NCBI GenBank assembly: GCA_036785375.1
Contig: JAWMAR010000399.1
Span: 1,984,001 to 2,048,000 of the forward strand
Direction of reading: 5' to 3'
Length of the DNA stretch: 64,000 nucleotides
From: Leucoraja ocellata
Taxonomy: Eukaryota
The position numbers were made by a program, and so were the translations under genes. Shown here piece by piece: positions 61,370-64,000 of the stretch (positions are counted from its first letter, which is position 1; every line of letters starts with the position of its first letter). The notes below the pieces were generated by a model that was given only the letters and a program-made list of their open reading frames with translations, was not told the origin of the DNA and made no database searches.

Positions 61370-62584
61370 CCGCCGGAGGGGATTTTTGCTGGTCGGTTGT
61401 GCGTTTATGAGGCCAACCGTTTTCGCCTTATCATCCAATTCTCGGACCTGTTTTGAATAGTCGTCACCGAACAGTAAATTTGGCGACTGCACGTTGCTTG
61501 TCTTGCATAGTGCGGCAAACTTCGGATTTAGCATGGGGCGGATTGCACTCTTCCTCAGACAGTTTATCTCAAAATGTGTATTGCACATTAAGTCAAGAGC
61601 ATCCTGCTGTACCTCGGACAAAGCCCCACCATCAAGCGACCCGGCGAATGCGTAATTCCTGAAGCAAGCAGCTTTAGAATCTTTTGGAGCCTCAGTTCCT
61701 GGGCTCTGATACCCGCACCCATGTGACCCCAGAGAGGGTGGTTCACAGTTGGGACTTTCAATGAGGCACAATTGGCGGGTGTCTGGTATTTTTTGGAGGT
61801 TTCCTCCATCGTGAGGTCTTGTAGCTGGTGTGAGACCATGTAGTTGATGGTCATGGACAGATCCTCATCCAGCGGTCCCGATCGGCAAATTTAGATGCCA
61901 TGTTTGGCACCTCTGATTCCTGGCCTTCTTGCCTGGAGGTATGCTCACCAGCTATTATTCCGACCTCAGAGTCAGAACAAAATTGACTCTGTGTACTCTC
62001 CTCCTCCAAGAGGGAGACATTATGCAGCCCTACTACAGGTGCTGCTGCCACGGGCCCACGAGTAGACCCGTGGATATAACGCTCGTCTGTCTCGAGCTCA
62101 TCGTGATGGAGCATCCTCCCCATCAGGAGCTCCATCCTGGACAGCCGCCCAAAAACGGCATCCATCGTGGGAGACAATCCTCCTGACCCGACTCATCAGA
62201 GTCTAAGGGCCTAATTGACTCCGGCCCACTGGAGTAGCCATGGTGCCTTCCACCGGTTGGAAGCCACTGGCCGTGCCGCCAGTGACTCTGAAGGCGAGAT
62301 GGACAGCCGCCCGCTACCCACACTTCCGCGGTCCTCTGTAGCTGCTCTCCCAGCATACCGACTCGACCTTCCCTTCACCATTTTCTCCATAGTCGACTTG
62401 TTTCCTGCAAACAAAATTTAACGACCGCAGAAAATGACCTGAGTTAAGTTTTCACGGTTTTTAACTTACCGCTGGTGGATCTACGCCCTCCCAGACCGTC
62501 GGAGCGCCATGCATCAGATTTAATGACGCGCATGCGGACTAGCAGGCTTCATCACGGAATCACTCACGTGACTCCGAAGTAAAA
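61370..62584 (-). mobile_element. Second DIRS1-like element, 5' terminus plus decayed gag only
   Basis: Terminus tcactcacgtgactccgaagtaaaa identical to the first element; gag motif LMCNTHFEINCLRK..IRPMLNPKFA. Confidence 0.85.
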
Positions 62585-63468
62585 TTGTGTGTTTGACCTG
62601 TTCTTTGCCTCCCTCCCACCATTCCCCACTCCACTCCGTCTCTCCCTCGACTGTTTGCCCGGCAGGAATTAACGATCTACTATAGCATCAACAAAGTGCA
62701 GGTTCTAGTTTTCCAAATAAGGAAGGTCACAGTCCGAAATATCACTTATCCATGTTCTCCAGAGATGAGGCCTGACACGCTGAGTTACTCCAGCACTTTG
62801 TCTTTTTTTTAATTTCCTGCGGACTGCCTTTCTAAAGTTTCGAGAAGTGCTGCTTTTACTTCAGTGAATGAAACACTGCAAACAACCCATAAACACTGAG
62901 AAGGCGTACGAGAGGCATCAAAGCTCGGCCAAGACAACAGGCTGTCTGAAAAATATAGTCCTTAAACGCCTTTCGAGTGGCATCACAATTAAGATTTCCC
63001 ATTGGAAGATAATGGATACAATACACGTATATATCCTGCATGCGAATGAATTCCTTGCCTCTCAGCAACAATCACCCATCAAATTTATGAACATGTGCGA
63101 AACTATACTACAGATATTTCTTAAAAAATTAGGGAGAATATTATGATGCATTTGCAGGGCTGTCAATGGTTATGTTTGAAATCAGGAGTACAAAAATGTT
63201 TCCTGAACATAAAAAGAGTTTGCAGAAAACAATCAATATTCTGTTAATACCTATCTTGGGAAAAGAGAGGCAGATTCAACAATGTTCACAAAATAATTCT
63301 AATCTTTTGTTTACATGTTACATATTAAATGGAGGTCCAAAAACATGAAATGTTTTGAAATATTACATATGTGTAGCAACCATGAGGAAAGATAGACGGG
63401 TGGACAGATGGACAGGATTGAGATGAAATTTGACACTCCACTGACATGGTCAATTGTCTCATTTCCAG

Positions 63469-63498
63469 CATCGACAACGACCCCAACTTCAACAACAG
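63469..63498 (+). CDS. Mucin-like micro-exon, 30 nt, (A)STTTPTSTT
   Basis: catttccag|CATCGACAACGACCCCAACTTCAACAACAG|gtatgg. Confidence 0.8.
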
Positions 63499-63764
63499 GT
63501 ATGGTATCAGCTGGGCCACAGCAGGTTGTTATCATTCATATACATGGACCAACCGACTGATCATCTATAAAGCCACTGCAACACTAGTTTTCAGACCTCC
63601 ATTCTAGTCTGAGCCTCCACATTCCTTTCACCTCCCATTCCAGGAGCCGCATTGAATGGTGTGGAATCTCTGCTTGTATTACCTTATTTAATTCCAAACA
63701 ACTCACCCAATGATGGAATTGCTCAGATTCCACTGCAATTAAACAGACAAATCTTGATTTACAG

Positions 63765-63794
63765 CATCAACATTTCAAACAACTACTTCAACTG
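63765..63794 (+). CDS. Mucin-like micro-exon, 30 nt, (A)STFQTTTST
   Basis: gatttacag|CATCAACATTTCAAACAACTACTTCAACTG|gtaata. Confidence 0.75.
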
Positions 63795-64000
63795 GTAATA
63801 ATTTAGCAGTAATAATTTAGCAAATGTCGTGATCCTCACAAGTTGCTGCAAGTTTCAATCCACAAATAACCCACTCATAAGAACATGGACATTTAAGGAC
63901 ATAAATTGATTAAACCAGCAGTGTTATCACATTTATTAATCATAAAACCCACTCCTCCAATAATTGTATGTTTTTTCGACAGTCAAACTGGCATTATCCA

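Larger units (their letters stand above)
1046..63794 (+). other. Internal part of a predicted micro-exon-encoded mucin-like (PTS-rich) gene, about 30 symmetric phase-1 exons; 5' and 3' ends not seen
   Basis: Recurrent Y-tract-AG / 24-48 nt / GT(A)-donor cassettes. Lengths are multiples of 3, all on the same strand and phase, mostly translating to Thr/Ser/Pro decapeptides. The concatenation is open when the T-ending exons are skipped. Confidence 0.8.

Noticed and set aside
8400-63800. CRISPR-like reading of the recurring 30-nt units
   Set aside because: Eukaryotic context, kb-scale irregular spacing, splice-site borders and no cas genes

Overview
Repeat-rich vertebrate genomic DNA, most likely a cartilaginous fish such as a skate or ray (inferred from HE1-like SINEs, CR1 LINEs with (TTTCTATG)n tails, Rex/Babar LINEs, Penelope-type remnants and DIRS elements). 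Every long ORF is transposon-derived: a CR1 LINE with open ORF1 (SGNH esterase) and ORF2 (APE+RT), a nearly intact DIRS tyrosine-recombinase retrotransposon, and several Rex/Babar copies. The main signal is invisible to the ORF track. About 30 plus-strand micro-exons (24, 27, 30, 33 or 48 nt, all symmetric phase 1, with pyrimidine tract-AG and GT donors) are scattered over the whole 64 kb. Spliced together they read as one open Thr/Ser/Pro-rich mucin-like polypeptide interrupted by a few fast-evolving non-PTS spacer exons. The array grew by nested tandem duplication of exon+intron blocks and contains decayed exons plus an exon class that would create a T|AG stop at a splice junction. The start, end and any globular domains of the gene were not found in the window, so it cannot be named. 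The exon calls come from sequence only, without transcript evidence.
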